Made by a program: the position numbers and the translations under genes
The notes under the pieces: model-generated
Seen by the model: the letters and a program-made list of their open reading frames with translations, nothing else
Database searches by the model: none
What the model was told of the DNA's origin: nothing
NCBI GenBank assembly: GCA_009103225.1
Contig: RHPI01002738.1
Span: 19,416-40,420 of the forward strand
DNA: 21,005 bases
Source: Chlorokybus atmophyticus
Taxonomy: Eukaryota > Plantae > Mesostigma and Chlorokybus algae
Direction of reading: 5' to 3'
Shown: positions 20,293 to 21,005 of the stretch, piece after piece
How positions within the stretch are numbered: position 1 is the stretch's first letter
Layout of the letters: the number at the start of each line of letters is the position of its first letter

Positions 20293-20988
20293 CTGCCCAA
20301 GAATACAAGCCGTCAATAATAGAAGTGTGCAAGTGCACAAAACACCCAAGTTGTGCACTACAAAAGTGTCAAAATCTATAGATTTTGTCTTGTCAAATTT
20401 CAAGTGCTTAACGTGGAGTATTCAGCTCAAACAAGAGCTCTCCACACACCTTTCAACTAGACACTCAAGTTGAAACAAACCGCACGCGAATCCACGCGGC
20501 GGTTCACAAGTTACAACTTGTCAAACTTTGCACTTTGTACAACTCAGCTCAACCCACAATTGTAATTGACACACTGTGTGCCAAAATCTCGTTGAATCAA
20601 CCCTACGGGCTGATATCAACGAATTGTGAGTTGTGAGTTTGATATCGGCCGCACAGAGTGACTCTGGCGGCCTCACTGACTGGCGGTAACGGCAGCCGAT
20701 GTTGCCACCGGACAGCCTCACAAGGGTTGGTTTTGTGAAAACTATATCACACCCTTTACACCACCACGGATCCACGTGGTGGCAAGTCACAACACAAGCA
20801 CAAGCACAGTATGTTATCATAATAATGTGATTACAAGTGATGTGCTGGGCATGCAATGCTTGGGAGGGGCTGCCTAAGTGGCCGCCTCCCCTTCACGCAA
20901 GCTAACAAGCCTGCCTAGGCAGGGCAGGGCAAGGCAAGCAAAACTAGGCTAAGCTAGGCTAAGCACCAGCAGCAATTATAACTACTAT

Positions 20989-21005
20989 AACAACAACAAC
21001 AACAA
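20989..21005 (+). repeat. (AAC)n microsatellite running off the window end
   Basis: Read directly: aacaacaacaacaacaa. Confidence 0.8.

Larger units (their letters stand above)
14603..20515 (-). mobile_element. Element B: Ty3/gypsy chromovirus-type LTR retrotransposon, near-complete but mutated; 5' LTR not in window
   Basis: gag, MTase-like domain, PR, RT, RH, INT and chromodomain in gypsy order, then a PPT and a TG..CA LTR abutting the RT of C. The right boundary given is only where homology to A fades. Confidence 0.93.

Noticed and set aside
20941-20964. CTAGGCTAAG tandem as a telomeric repeat
   Set aside because: Only two copies, and it does not match a known telomere unit.

Overview
A transposon-dense eukaryotic window: short GT-AG introns and PHD/chromodomain retroelements suggest a green alga, but the taxon is an inference. 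It contains no ordinary host genes that I can recognise. Left to right: (1) the last 52 codons of a probable C5-cytosine DNA methyltransferase (2-160, +). (2) A convergent five-exon Plavaka-type DNA transposase with an N-terminal zinc finger and one premature stop (364-3506, -). (3) An array of palindromes built from one motif (3664-3857). (4) A divergent four-exon coiled-coil/acidic gene that the ORF track does not show (4016-4871, +). (5) Element A, a degenerate Ty3/gypsy chromovirus that has lost RT-RNase H (~5795-10294, +). (6) An AT-rich spacer. (7) The 3' half of element C, a different Ty3/gypsy whose integrase ends in a PHD finger (11805-14602, -). (8) Element B, a near-complete but mutated relative of A, inserted into the RT of C (14603-~20515, -). 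In A and B, gag ends in a shared in-frame TAG. It is followed directly by a degenerate Dam/DIRS-like adenine-methyltransferase-like domain, then protease. The strongest candidates for something new are a multi-gene Plavaka element carrying a cytosine methyltransferase, and the chromovirus pol with an N-terminal dead MTase-like domain behind a possible readthrough stop. All calls were made by eye from motifs; no searches were run.
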